Below are positions 9,628 to 19,003 of a stretch of 64,000 nt of DNA, piece by piece. A model generated the notes under the pieces. That model worked only from the letters and a program-made list of their open reading frames with translations. It was not told the origin of the DNA and did no database searches. The position numbers and the translations under genes were made by a program. The first letter of the stretch is position 1; each line of letters starts with the position of its first letter. The stretch lies in sequence record DRR378314_405; one strand, given 5' to 3'.

Positions 9628-10062
9628 TTAGGCACCCATGAAATTCAGGGCCAGTCTTCGTTGATGAGGGCTGGTCCTGTGCTCAAACACATATACGCCT
9701 TGCCAGGTTCCAAGGCGCATCCGCCCGTCAAGTACAGGTATGCTGAGAGAGACATCGGTAAGGCTGCTTCTGATATGAGCCGACATATCGTCCGGCCCTT
9801 CAGCCCGATGATAAAATGCCGGATCGGCATCTTGGACCTGTCGTTCAAAATATCCCAGTAAGTCCAATTGCACATCCGGATCGGCATTTTCCTGAACGGT
9901 CAGAGACGCGGAGGTATGTTGAATAAACACGGTCAGAACACCCTCCTTCACATTCTGTGACTGTAGCCAGTCGTTCAGAGGCCCGGTAATTTCCACCAGA
10001 TCCCGACCCGGCGTTGCAACCCTGATGTCATCGCTAACCTGCCGCATTTCTAAATTCCCCAT
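9628..10062 (-). CDS. yjbQ: YjbQ/UPF0047 family protein
   Basis: QHTSASLTVQENADPDV, EGPDDMSAHIR, LGTWQGVYVFEHR. Confidence 0.92.
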   Translation of the reverse strand: MGNLEMRQVSDDIRVATPGRDLVEITGPLNDWLQSQNVKEGVLTVFIQHTSASLTVQENADPDVQLDLLGYFERQVQDADPAFYHRAEGPDDMSAHIRSSLTDVSLSIPVLDGRMRLGTWQGVYVFEHRTSPHQRRLALNFMGA

Positions 10063-10147
10063 TGATCAAAACAGATCCTCACAAATGACTTATCTGAGCG
10101 TCTTGCCCTTGCTCGTCAAAACTATCCATATACCCGGGAGATAAGAC

Positions 10148-10330
10148 ATGTCCAACCTTGGAAACGAAGATAAATGGGAATTTTACAAAGACAATAACAA
10201 CCGCAAGCCTGAATGGCGATGGCGCCGAACAGCCCCGAACGGCCGAATTGTTGGCGCATCCACCGAAGGATACCACAACAAGTCAGATTGCCTGGATAAC
10301 GCCATCCGCAACGGGTTTAAGGAAGACTGA
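10148..10330 (+). CDS. YegP/DUF1508 family small protein (single repeat)
   Basis: WEFYKD...WRWRRTAPNGRIVGASTEGY.NKSDC..NA; GGAG RBS. Confidence 0.85.
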   Translation: MSNLGNEDKWEFYKDNNNRKPEWRWRRTAPNGRIVGASTEGYHNKSDCLDNAIRNGFKED

Positions 10331-10411
10331 TCTGCTTTCTTTAAGCGGCTGATCTGGTTGCCTAATCCATAAAAGTCGTCATACTGTGCAAAAACAAGAA
10401 AGTGAGCACAG

Positions 10412-10822
10412 ATGACGACATCCCAGATCCCTGAGGGCTACCGCCTTTATGAGGCCCCAGATCGATTTCCTGACAAAATCGGCCCGTTATATTTCAAGCG
10501 AGAGGGCGAAGAGTACCATTTCGGATTTCTGGTTGAGCGCGGCCATACCAATGCCAATAAAATCCTGCATGGCGGCATGATGATGAGTTTTGCAGACGAA
10601 ATGATGGGCCATAAAGTCTTTCGGGCCGTCGGCAAGAAACCCTGTGCCACCATTTCCCTCAATTTTGATTTTGTTTCTTCCGCTAAGGAGGGGGATTGGG
10701 TTGTTTTGAAATGCGCCATCACCCGGCAAGGGATGTCCGTCGTGTTTATTCGGGGGGAGTTGTATGTCGGCGATCAGATCATTCTAACCGCCGACGGGAT
10801 CTGGAAAATTCTAAAAAGATAA
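10412..10822 (+). CDS. PaaI family thioesterase
   Basis: HTN....LHGGMMMSFAD, TISLNFDFV hot-dog motif. Confidence 0.9.
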   Translation: MTTSQIPEGYRLYEAPDRFPDKIGPLYFKREGEEYHFGFLVERGHTNANKILHGGMMMSFADEMMGHKVFRAVGKKPCATISLNFDFVSSAKEGDWVVLKCAITRQGMSVVFIRGELYVGDQIILTADGIWKILKR

Positions 10823-10828
10823 TCCCGG

Positions 10829-11677
10829 CTATTTCCGCCGCACCAGTTTCTTGGGCGGGAGCATATCCTTAAATGTGGGCTCCCGCTTTTCCGCGTTCGC
10901 GGCAGCCGCTTCAAACAAATCATCAGAGAAGAACATACCGGCTTGCCAAACGGCCATGTAGCGCAATGCATCATCCACAGAATGATCCCGTGTATAGGTG
11001 AACATTTCTTTGGTCCCGTTTATGGCAAGCGGTGATTTTGCCGCAATGACAGAGGCGATTTTCATGACTTCCGCCAGCATTTCGTCCGCCGTTTCAAAAC
11101 TGGAATTCACCAAACCACTTTGCAATGCTTCCTCGGCCATCATCCGGCGCCCCGTATAGGCAAGTTCGCGCACCAGTCCTGACGGAATTAAATGGGGCAA
11201 ACGCTGCAACGTTCCCACATCTGCCGTCATCCCGATATTAATTTCCTGAATACAGAAAAAAGCGTCTTTGGTGCAATATCGCATATCTGTCGCGCTGACC
11301 AGATCAACCCCGCCTCCAATGCAGGCACCCTGCACGGCGACAAGCACCGGCAACCGGCATTTTTCGATCGCTGTGAAACTTTCCTGCATTTCCAGCACAT
11401 TGTTTTTCATCTGCTCCCGGAGGCGGCCACCATCCACATCGGATTTTATTTCAGCCGCAAGCCCGCCAAAAGCGCTGAGGTCCAGTCCCGCAGTGAAGTG
11501 CTTGCCGGTGGAGGAAATCACAACAACCCGCGCTTCTGGTGTTTCATCGATTTCCGCGAATACATCCACCATTTCCTGCCAAAATTCCATAACCATCGTA
11601 TTAAATTGCTTGGGCCGGTTTAACTGGATATGGACGATATTATTTTCAATCGAATATTTTAAAGTTTGATAGGTCAT
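10829..11677 (-). CDS. Crotonase family, delta3,5-delta2,4-dienoyl-CoA isomerase-like
   Basis: FTAGLDL, GACIGGGVD, QEINIGMTADVGTLQRLP. Confidence 0.85.
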   Translation of the reverse strand: MTYQTLKYSIENNIVHIQLNRPKQFNTMVMEFWQEMVDVFAEIDETPEARVVVISSTGKHFTAGLDLSAFGGLAAEIKSDVDGGRLREQMKNNVLEMQESFTAIEKCRLPVLVAVQGACIGGGVDLVSATDMRYCTKDAFFCIQEINIGMTADVGTLQRLPHLIPSGLVRELAYTGRRMMAEEALQSGLVNSSFETADEMLAEVMKIASVIAAKSPLAINGTKEMFTYTRDHSVDDALRYMAVWQAGMFFSDDLFEAAAANAEKREPTFKDMLPPKKLVRRK

Positions 11678-11780
11678 GAGAATTGATCCGTTGCCTGCTT
11701 TGCTGTTATTCTGTCATTCCACACTCTGAAGATCATAATAGATCGATCTCTTCCACTCACGTCAATTCGGGTTTTGTAGT

Positions 11781-12719
11781 ATGCGTCATAATTTCAGTTT
11801 ACCAATATTTGAAACAGCAGCAGAGAGACTGGCTCCCTACATCCATAGAACCCCCCTTATGGAACTGCCGCTGAAAACTGGATTGAAAGCCTTTTTAAAA
11901 CTGGAAAATCTACAAGCCTCTGGCTCGTTTAAAATTCGAGGCGCGTTAAATACCGTCCTTTCCTTGAGCGAGGAAGAGCTCAAACGTGGCCTTGTCACCG
12001 CATCGGGCGGTAACCATGGAATGGGGGTCGCCTATGCGGGTGCGCTGACAGAAACACCAACGACGATATATTTGCCAGAGAACACGCCCGCAACGAAAGT
12101 TGCGAAACTGAAAAAATTAACGCCGGATGTCATTGTCAAAGGCGCCGTCTGGGATGATGCAAACGCGCTTGCATTGGAGGCCAAAGAAAAAGAAGGCAAA
12201 ACCTATATTCATCCGTTTGCAGATGAAACTGTCATCGCCGGACAGGGAACCATTGCGCTTGAGATGCTGGACGCCTGTTCGGATTTGGATGTTCTGCTGG
12301 TTGCTATTGGCGGAGGCGGCCTAATTTCCGGTGTGGCAACGGCGGCAAAACTCATTAACCCGAATATCCGCGTCATCGGCGTTGAGGCCACCGGCGCCCC
12401 AACCCTTCATGACAGCAGGAAGGCTGGTGAACTGATCACGCTGGAGGAGATCACAACAAAAGCCTCTACCCTTGCACCGCGCCGATCATCAGAGCCAAAC
12501 TTCAGTTTGATCCAGAAAAATGTAGACGACATAATTTTGGTCACTGATCCACAAATGACGGCAGCAGCCAAATGGCTTTGGGATACGGCCGGTATCGCGG
12601 TGGAACTTTCCGCAGCTGCGGCCGTTGCAACAGTTCATGAAGGTTTATTCGTCCCTCAGCCCAACGAAAAGGTGGGAATTGTGATCTGCGGCGCAGGGCT
12701 TGATGGGCTTAACGCGTAA
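11781..12719 (+). CDS. PLP-dependent threonine/serine dehydratase (catabolic type, no ACT domain)
   Basis: LKLENLQASGSFKIRG (PLP Lys), ASGGNHG, AIGGGGLISG. Confidence 0.88.
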   Translation: MRHNFSLPIFETAAERLAPYIHRTPLMELPLKTGLKAFLKLENLQASGSFKIRGALNTVLSLSEEELKRGLVTASGGNHGMGVAYAGALTETPTTIYLPENTPATKVAKLKKLTPDVIVKGAVWDDANALALEAKEKEGKTYIHPFADETVIAGQGTIALEMLDACSDLDVLLVAIGGGGLISGVATAAKLINPNIRVIGVEATGAPTLHDSRKAGELITLEEITTKASTLAPRRSSEPNFSLIQKNVDDIILVTDPQMTAAAKWLWDTAGIAVELSAAAAVATVHEGLFVPQPNEKVGIVICGAGLDGLNA

Positions 12720-12725
12720 TTTGGC

Positions 12726-12944
12726 CTAAGGGCGCATAAAGGTATATTGCTCATCTTCATCAAGATGTTCAGCAATGAATTCCAGCTCACTGGCAATGTC
12801 AGAATTTTTGCGGGCCAGCCTGAAAATACCGATGGCTTCCGTGATAAGGGCCCTTGCCAGTGCATCATCGCTCAGCTTTAAATCTGTCGCTTGCTGCATG
12901 GCTTGTGTGACGGCCATCTTTGCCACTTCGCTTGCTGTGGTCAT
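12726..12944 (-). CDS. Small helical hypothetical protein (72 aa)
   Basis: Strong RBS (AAGGAGG); fills the intergenic gap; ends in YTFMRP. Confidence 0.75.
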   Translation of the reverse strand: MTTASEVAKMAVTQAMQQATDLKLSDDALARALITEAIGIFRLARKNSDIASELEFIAEHLDEDEQYTFMRP

Positions 12945-13151
12945 ATTCCCTCCTTTTTTACCGAAGCTTCACTGGAAATGACCGGGGGTCATTGATTTTG
13001 CGCAAAGCGACAGAAATTGGCTGGAAATTTTGCTTATACAATGCAGAAAAGCGCCAAAGACCCGCAATTATCCTTTGACCCACCAGACCTGTTCAACGTA
13101 CCCTAAATGCAAAAGCCGACAGGGCTTTATCGAATCATAAGGGGAGTGAAG

Positions 13152-14864
13152 ATGTCAGATTTTACATGGGAAAAATCTTATCCGGCAGGCGTTAAATGGG
13201 AAATTGAAATAGAACAAAAACCTGTTTATGCAATTCTGGACGAGGCCGTAAAAAAATGGCCTGGTAATTTTGCAATCGATTTTATGGATAAGAAAATTAC
13301 CTATGCTGAGCTTGATAGCTTGGTAAACAAAGCCGCTAAAGGATTTCAACAGCTTGGGGTTAAAAAGGGCGTCCATGTGGGCCTCTATCTACCCAACACG
13401 CCGCATTATATCGTTTGCTTTTTTGCAATTCTGAAAGCGGGCGGAACAGTCGTCAATTATTCTCCGCTGGATGCTGAAAGAGAGCTTGTCCACAAAATCG
13501 AGGATAGTGAAACCGACTTTATGGTGACATTGGATCTGGAGGTTCTTTATCCCAATATTGCCAAGCTTCTGGGCAAAACCCGACTTAAAAAAATCGTTGT
13601 GGGAAATCTGAAGGAAGTCCTGCCATTTCCAAAAAACTTCCTCTACCCCATCGTCAAGGCCAAGGAAATCGCTTCTGTCCCACGGGATAACCAACATATC
13701 ACGTTCAAGGAATTGACCGCTACTGATGGACAATATGAAGCGGTCCCTGTCCAACACCCAGATGAACGGATTGCCGTGCTTCAATATACGGGTGGTACTA
13801 CAGGCCTGCCCAAAGGGGCCATGCTTACCCATTCCAACCTGGTCGCCGCCTGTCAGCAACTGCGTGCTATGCAGCATGGAGATGACGCGGTTCTGATTGA
13901 CGGGACAGAACGGGTAATGTGCGTTCTGCCGCTTTTCCATATTTATGCCCTGACCGTAAATATGAATTTTGGAATTGCTGGCGGCGCCGAGTTGATCCTG
14001 CATCCGAAATTTGAGCTGAATGACGTGATGAAGGATCTGGATAAGAAAAAACCGACTGTGTTCCCCGGTGTTCCCACCATGTATATGGCCATCGCCAATC
14101 ATCCGGACGTGAGCAAATACGACTTAAGCTCCCTGAAATTCTGCGCCTCCGGCGGGGCACCGCTTCCTGTCGAAGTCCAGGACCATTTCCAACGGGTTAC
14201 AGGATGCCGTCTGCTGGAAGGTTGGGGCATGACTGAGACATCGCCGTCGGGAACATCAACCCCGATGACAGATAAACGCATCCCCGGTGCCGCAGGCGTG
14301 CCTGTTCCCGGTGTGGAAATCAGAATTTTCAACGTGGATGACAAAAGCCAGCTTATGCCAACGGGTGAAATCGGCGAAATCGGGATCAAAGGTCCGAATG
14401 TCATGAAAGGCTACTGGAACAAACCGGAAGTCACCGCCGAGTCCTTCATTGGCGATTTTTTCCTGACTGGCGACACCGGATATCTGGATGAAGACGGTTA
14501 CATGCATATTGTTGACCGGACAAAGGATATGATCACCTCGGGCGGCTTTAACGTCTACCCACGGATTATCGAAGAAGCAATTTTCGAACATCCTTCGGTC
14601 GAGGAAGTGACGGTCATTGGTATCCATGACGAATACCGGGGGGAAGCCGCGAAAGCCTTTATCAAGCTCAAACAGGGGGCGAACGAGTTTTCACTGGAAG
14701 AGCTTCGGGAATTCCTGAAGGACAAACTGGGTAAACATGAGTTGCCTGCAGCTGTGGAATTCCGTCCGGAACTGCCAAAAACCCTGGTCGGGAAACTCTC
14801 CAAGAAAGAGCTGGTTGAGGAAGAACGCCTCAAACATGAAGCGAAGAAAGCAGCCAGCGCGTAA
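13152..14864 (+). CDS. Long-chain/dicarboxylate fatty acid-CoA ligase (FadD/PimA-like)
   Basis: LQYTGGTTGLPKG, EGWGMTETSP, TGD.G..D, LPKTLVGK; GGGGAG RBS before ATG 13152. Confidence 0.92.
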   Translation: MSDFTWEKSYPAGVKWEIEIEQKPVYAILDEAVKKWPGNFAIDFMDKKITYAELDSLVNKAAKGFQQLGVKKGVHVGLYLPNTPHYIVCFFAILKAGGTVVNYSPLDAERELVHKIEDSETDFMVTLDLEVLYPNIAKLLGKTRLKKIVVGNLKEVLPFPKNFLYPIVKAKEIASVPRDNQHITFKELTATDGQYEAVPVQHPDERIAVLQYTGGTTGLPKGAMLTHSNLVAACQQLRAMQHGDDAVLIDGTERVMCVLPLFHIYALTVNMNFGIAGGAELILHPKFELNDVMKDLDKKKPTVFPGVPTMYMAIANHPDVSKYDLSSLKFCASGGAPLPVEVQDHFQRVTGCRLLEGWGMTETSPSGTSTPMTDKRIPGAAGVPVPGVEIRIFNVDDKSQLMPTGEIGEIGIKGPNVMKGYWNKPEVTAESFIGDFFLTGDTGYLDEDGYMHIVDRTKDMITSGGFNVYPRIIEEAIFEHPSVEEVTVIGIHDEYRGEAAKAFIKLKQGANEFSLEELREFLKDKLGKHELPAAVEFRPELPKTLVGKLSKKELVEEERLKHEAKKAASA

Positions 14865-14877
14865 AACACGAAACTTC

Positions 14878-14912
14878 AAAACTCCCGGATGACCTTCCGG
14901 GAGTTTTCTTTT
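14878..14912 (+). terminator. Intrinsic terminator
   Basis: AAAACTCCCGGA-TGACCT-TCCGGGAGTTTT followed by a T-rich tail. Confidence 0.75.
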
Positions 14913-14924
14913 AGACTTATCCCT

Positions 14925-15479
14925 ATGAGTAAATTTCTAGCCATTGATTTTGAAACCGCGAATTATGGAGCCGACAGCGCCTGTGCCATCGGCCTTGTCC
15001 GCGTTGAAAACGGAACCATCGTTGAAGAAGTTAGCCGGCTTATCCAACCGCCGAGCCGGGAGTTTTTCTTCACCCATATTCATGGTCTGACATTTGCCGA
15101 TGTGGCGCTTGAACCATTTTTCGATCGCATCTGGCCAGACATTGAATATCTGTTCGAGGATGTTGATTTTTTGACCGCTCATAATTCCGGCTTCGATAAA
15201 AAGGTTTTAAACGCCTGCTGCGCAACTTATCAAGTCACCCCGCCGACACCGGAGTTTGTCTGCACCGTAAAGCTGGCCCGATCCATGTGGAATGTCCGGC
15301 CAACCAAACTACCGAATGTCGCGCAATTTCTGGGTCTTGAACTGAACCACCATGATGCCCTGTCCGACAGCCGGGCCTGTGCAAATATTGTGATCGCTGC
15401 AGAGAAAGATGGATGGGGGTTTGAAACCGGCTTTCAAAATGTTGGAGAGCGCTACACCCAACTGGAGGAGGGCGCATAA
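14925..15479 (+). CDS. DEDDh 3'-5' exonuclease (Pol III epsilon-like, standalone)
   Basis: ExoI AIDFETAN, ExoII AHNSGFD, ExoIII HHDALSD. Confidence 0.9.
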   Translation: MSKFLAIDFETANYGADSACAIGLVRVENGTIVEEVSRLIQPPSREFFFTHIHGLTFADVALEPFFDRIWPDIEYLFEDVDFLTAHNSGFDKKVLNACCATYQVTPPTPEFVCTVKLARSMWNVRPTKLPNVAQFLGLELNHHDALSDSRACANIVIAAEKDGWGFETGFQNVGERYTQLEEGA

Positions 15480-15515
15480 AAAAAGCTGCATCCCATGCAG
15501 GAGGCAGCTTTTTTT
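15478..15515. terminator. Bidirectional intrinsic terminator
   Basis: AAAAAAGCTGC...GCAGCTTTTTTT between convergent genes. Confidence 0.75.
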
Positions 15516-15534
15516 GATCGAAATCGGAATTGAC

Positions 15535-15738
15535 TTAAGCAGCAGCTTTAGTCGCCTCGCGAATTTTCTTCAACTGACGACGGGCAGCGTGGCGTCCCGT
15601 TTTCAGTGTAATTTTACGAGCAGCGCGCTGTGCGTTTGAACGGCAGTTTTTAGTTCCGCCGTCACCGCGTCCGCCACCGCCTTTTTTGCGGCTTTTGCCG
15701 CCCTGATTGCGGCCGTTCCGTGCAGATCTTGCTGTCAT
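15535..15738 (-). CDS. Small, highly basic Gly/Arg/Lys-rich protein (67 aa), unknown function
   Basis: GGAG RBS upstream of ATG 15738; downstream bidirectional terminator; otherwise unoccupied interval. Confidence 0.7.
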   Translation of the reverse strand: MTARSARNGRNQGGKSRKKGGGGRGDGGTKNCRSNAQRAARKITLKTGRHAARRQLKKIREATKAAA

Positions 15739-15933
15739 TTGACTAGCTCCGTTCGGTTCAAGTTTAAATTCGAAGCGCTTTACATAATGGTTCAATTCTC
15801 AAAGGTACAGAAAAAAATGTAATTTCTTCCAATTTTCTCTAAACAGTTTGGAAATTTGGGTATTTACCCCGCACCAAAGCTTTCTGTTTATCGATCCCTG
15901 CTGCCCTCAGGCGCAAAAAGAGAATCTGAATAT

Positions 15934-15965
15934 AAAAAGCGATCAGACCTTTCTGACCGCTTTTT
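15934..15965 (-). terminator. Intrinsic terminator after the SCP2 gene
   Basis: AAAAAGCG-ATCAGA-CCTT-TCTGA-CCGCTTTTT. Confidence 0.65.
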
Positions 15966-15993
15966 AGAGACATAATTCTTGACCTTCACAAGA

Positions 15994-16296
15994 TCAAGAA
16001 AAGACACTTTGCAATTTCATGGCGATGCCCATATTGCCTTCGATCTTGAGTTTCCCCATCATAAAGGCAGTTGTTGGATCCAGATCACCGGCTGCAAGCT
16101 TTTCAAAATTTTCAATCGTAATTTTGATGGTACAATCGGCTTCTGCATCTTCATTGGTTACTTCGTTAGGAACCTTTTCTGCATCCACAAAAATAAACCC
16201 ATCCCCTTTAAAATCAAACTTCAGAGTGGCGCCCAGCCCGCAATCTTCACCGATGCGGTCTTTCATGACTTCTGTGATTTCTTCTAACGTTGCCAT
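15994..16296 (-). CDS. SCP2 sterol/lipid-binding domain protein
   Basis: ADCTIKI...LDPTTAFMMGKLKIEGNMGIAMKL signature. Confidence 0.92.
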   Translation of the reverse strand: MATLEEITEVMKDRIGEDCGLGATLKFDFKGDGFIFVDAEKVPNEVTNEDAEADCTIKITIENFEKLAAGDLDPTTAFMMGKLKIEGNMGIAMKLQSVFS

Positions 16297-16365
16297 TCCT
16301 TGGAATCCTTTCCTCGCCTAAGAGTATTAATGGCTTTGAGCCCGCTTTTCGGCAAAACTCCTTGC

Positions 16366-16394
16366 TTGACGTTAACGTAAACGTCACCTACCAT
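16366..16394 (+). promoter_or_regulatory. sigma70 promoter with LiuR-type operator (TGACGTTAACGTAAACGTCA)
   Basis: TTGACG-17 bp-TACCAT; palindrome 16367-16386 differs by one base from the operator upstream of the MerR gene at 37361. Confidence 0.8.
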
Positions 16395-16481
16395 GAAGTC
16401 AAATACTCTTGTCAGGCAAACAACTTAAAAACGAGAATGCAGGGCAAAATAAAAAACAATTAGCTGGGAGGCACAGTATTC

Positions 16482-17354
16482 ATGGAATACCGGTCAATTT
16501 TTCGCCCTGATCTGTTCGCAGGTCAGAAGATCATCGTCACAGGTGGTGGCAGCGGTATTGGACGATGCACAGCGCATGAATTGATCGCGTTAGGCGCCGA
16601 TGTGGCCCTTGTTGGCCGATCAATGGATAAACTGGAAACCGTTCAGGCCGAAATTCAACAAGCGGATGGCAATGCGTCTATTCACTCTTGCGATATTCGC
16701 GATGAAAAAGCAGTGATTGAGACGGTCGGCGCAATCCTTAAAGAGCATGGCGCGATCCATGGACTTGTGAATAATGCCGGCGGACAATTTCCCGCCCCCC
16801 TTGAAAGTATCAGCCAAAAAGGCTGGGAAGCGGTGGTCAATAATAACCTGACCGGCGGCTTCCTGTTTGCCAGAGAATGTTTCACCCAGTGGATGAAAGA
16901 AAACGGCGGCGGCGCCATCGTCAATATCGTAGCGGATATGTGGATGTCCATGCCCGGTATGGGGCATTCCGGTGCGGCCCGCAAAGGCATGCTGAGTTTC
17001 ACGGAAACAGCCGCAGTTGAATGGGCCTCCGCCGGGGTTCGGGTCAATGCGGTTGCCCCCGGCTGGATCATGTCCTCGGGGATGGATACTTATCCGGAAT
17101 GGTTTCAGGCTCAGTTGAAAAAGCTCGCGGAATATAATCCGGCAAAGCGGATGGGAACAGAATCAGAAACCTCAGCGGCTATCGTCTTTTTACTTTCCGA
17201 AGCAGCAGCCTTTATTTCCGGTGATTGCATCCGGGTTGATGGTGCAGCCCCCAATGCCCGTCTGCATTGGCCAATGGCCGATCATAATAATAACGCGGCG
17301 TTTGATGGTTTTCATTTAGCGACCACCCCCAAAATTTTCCAGGATAAGGACTAG
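16482..17354 (+). CDS. atuB: SDR oxidoreductase, AtuB-like (citronellol/citronellal dehydrogenase family)
   Basis: TGGGSGIGRCTAHEL, NNAGGQF, MGHSGAAR; first gene of an atu-like operon. Confidence 0.75.
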   Translation: MEYRSIFRPDLFAGQKIIVTGGGSGIGRCTAHELIALGADVALVGRSMDKLETVQAEIQQADGNASIHSCDIRDEKAVIETVGAILKEHGAIHGLVNNAGGQFPAPLESISQKGWEAVVNNNLTGGFLFARECFTQWMKENGGGAIVNIVADMWMSMPGMGHSGAARKGMLSFTETAAVEWASAGVRVNAVAPGWIMSSGMDTYPEWFQAQLKKLAEYNPAKRMGTESETSAAIVFLLSEAAAFISGDCIRVDGAAPNARLHWPMADHNNNAAFDGFHLATTPKIFQDKD

Positions 17355-17362
17355 CTTTTTCC

Positions 17363-18985
17363 ATGCCGGTACTCACCTCCTCCGTCGATACGACTAGTGA
17401 CGCCTTTTCTGCCAATCGCCAGGCGATGCTGGCGCTAATCGCTGATTTCAGAGGCTTGGAGCAAAAAATCCGCGATACGTCCAATGCCAAGAAAGACCGG
17501 TTTGAAAAACGCGGTCAACTTCTCCCGCGCGAACGACTGTCACTTCTTCTGGATAAGGGCGCACCCTTCCTGCAATTGGCAACTCTGGCTGGCCTTGGCA
17601 TGCATGATGATGATGGCAAGGAAGAAATTTATGGCGGCGGATTGATTATCGGTATTGGATATGTGTCCGGAATTCGATGCCTCATTTCCATATCCGACAG
17701 TGCCATCAAAGGCGGGACAATCGCGCCGATGGGGCTGGAGAAATCATTACGGGCGCAAGAGATTGTCCTTAAAAACAAGCTGCCGGTCCTTAATCTGGTG
17801 GAATCAGGCGGCGCAAACCTGCTTTATCAGGCGGAGATTTTTGTGAAAGGCGGCAAAGGGTTTGCAAATCAGGCCCGTATGTCCGCCGCCGGAATACCAC
17901 AAGTCACCGTCGTTCATGGCTCCAGCACAGCGGGCGGCGCATACTTGCCTGGTCTTTCCGACTATGTGGTCATGGTCAAAAAGAAAGCGAAGGTTTTTCT
18001 GGCTGGCCCGCCTCTTTTAAAAGCCGCAACCGGTGAAATTGCGACAGATGAAGAGCTTGGCGGCGCCGAGATGCATTCAGAAGTCTCTGGCGTTTCAGAA
18101 TATCTGGCCGAGGATGATCGGGACGGCATTCGGATTGCGCGGGAGATAATGGACTATCTGCCCTGGAACGAAAATCGTCCCGCACCCTCTGGCGATAGGG
18201 CCTTCAAGGACCCCCTATTTGACGCCGAGGATTTGTTGGGCATTGTCTCCCCCGATTATCGCAAACCCTTTGATGTGCGGGAAGTGATCGCCCGGATTGT
18301 CGATGGCTCTGAGTTTCTGGATTTCAAAGAGCTCTATGGAAACGCAACCATCTGTGGTCAGGCCAAAATCGAAGGTCAGGCAGTCGGAATTATTAGTAAC
18401 AATGGACCTATCGATGCGGATGGTGCCGCCAAAGCAGCCCAGTTCATTCAGCTGTGCTGCCAGTCGGGAACGCCGCTTCTGTTCTTGCAAAACACAACCG
18501 GCTACATGGTCGGAACCGAAGCAGAACAGGCCGGAATCGTCAAGCATGGCTCCAAAATGATTCAAGCCGTTACCAATGCGACAGTCCCCAAAATTACGAT
18601 CCATATTGGGGCCAGTTTCGGCGCCGGCAATTATGGAATGTGTGGGCGGGCGTTTGATCCACGCTTTATCTTTGCCTGGCCAAATTATCAGGTCGCCGTG
18701 ATGGGCGGGGAGCAGGCAGCGAAAGTTCTGTCTATTGTCACCGAAGAAAAATTTCGCCGAATGGGACAGGAGCCGGACCGCGAAGCCCTTGGCAAAATGG
18801 AACAAGGCATTATTGCCCGGACAAAAAAAGAATCGACCGCTCTTTATGCAACGGCACGGCTTTGGGACGATGGGCTGATTGATCCAAGAGATACCCGTAA
18901 AGTTGTCAGTTACTGCCTTTCCATCGCGACAGAAGGCGACAAACGGGAGACAAACACAAACACATTCGGTGTCGGGCGAATGTAA
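17363..18985 (+). CDS. atuC: Geranyl-CoA carboxylase beta subunit (carboxyltransferase)
   Basis: LLPRERL, VESGGANL, GSSTAGGAY, GASFGAGNYGMCGR, WDDGLIDPRDTR. Confidence 0.78.
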   Translation: MPVLTSSVDTTSDAFSANRQAMLALIADFRGLEQKIRDTSNAKKDRFEKRGQLLPRERLSLLLDKGAPFLQLATLAGLGMHDDDGKEEIYGGGLIIGIGYVSGIRCLISISDSAIKGGTIAPMGLEKSLRAQEIVLKNKLPVLNLVESGGANLLYQAEIFVKGGKGFANQARMSAAGIPQVTVVHGSSTAGGAYLPGLSDYVVMVKKKAKVFLAGPPLLKAATGEIATDEELGGAEMHSEVSGVSEYLAEDDRDGIRIAREIMDYLPWNENRPAPSGDRAFKDPLFDAEDLLGIVSPDYRKPFDVREVIARIVDGSEFLDFKELYGNATICGQAKIEGQAVGIISNNGPIDADGAAKAAQFIQLCCQSGTPLLFLQNTTGYMVGTEAEQAGIVKHGSKMIQAVTNATVPKITIHIGASFGAGNYGMCGRAFDPRFIFAWPNYQVAVMGGEQAAKVLSIVTEEKFRRMGQEPDREALGKMEQGIIARTKKESTALYATARLWDDGLIDPRDTRKVVSYCLSIATEGDKRETNTNTFGVGRM

Positions 18986-19003
18986 ATTCGGGAGGAAAAC
19001 AAA

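Noticed and set aside
11735-11765. Minus-strand TTGACG-19 bp-TATTAT as a MerR/LiuR-type promoter for the crotonase
   Set aside because: Only the TTGACGT half matches the LiuR box; no palindrome in the spacer
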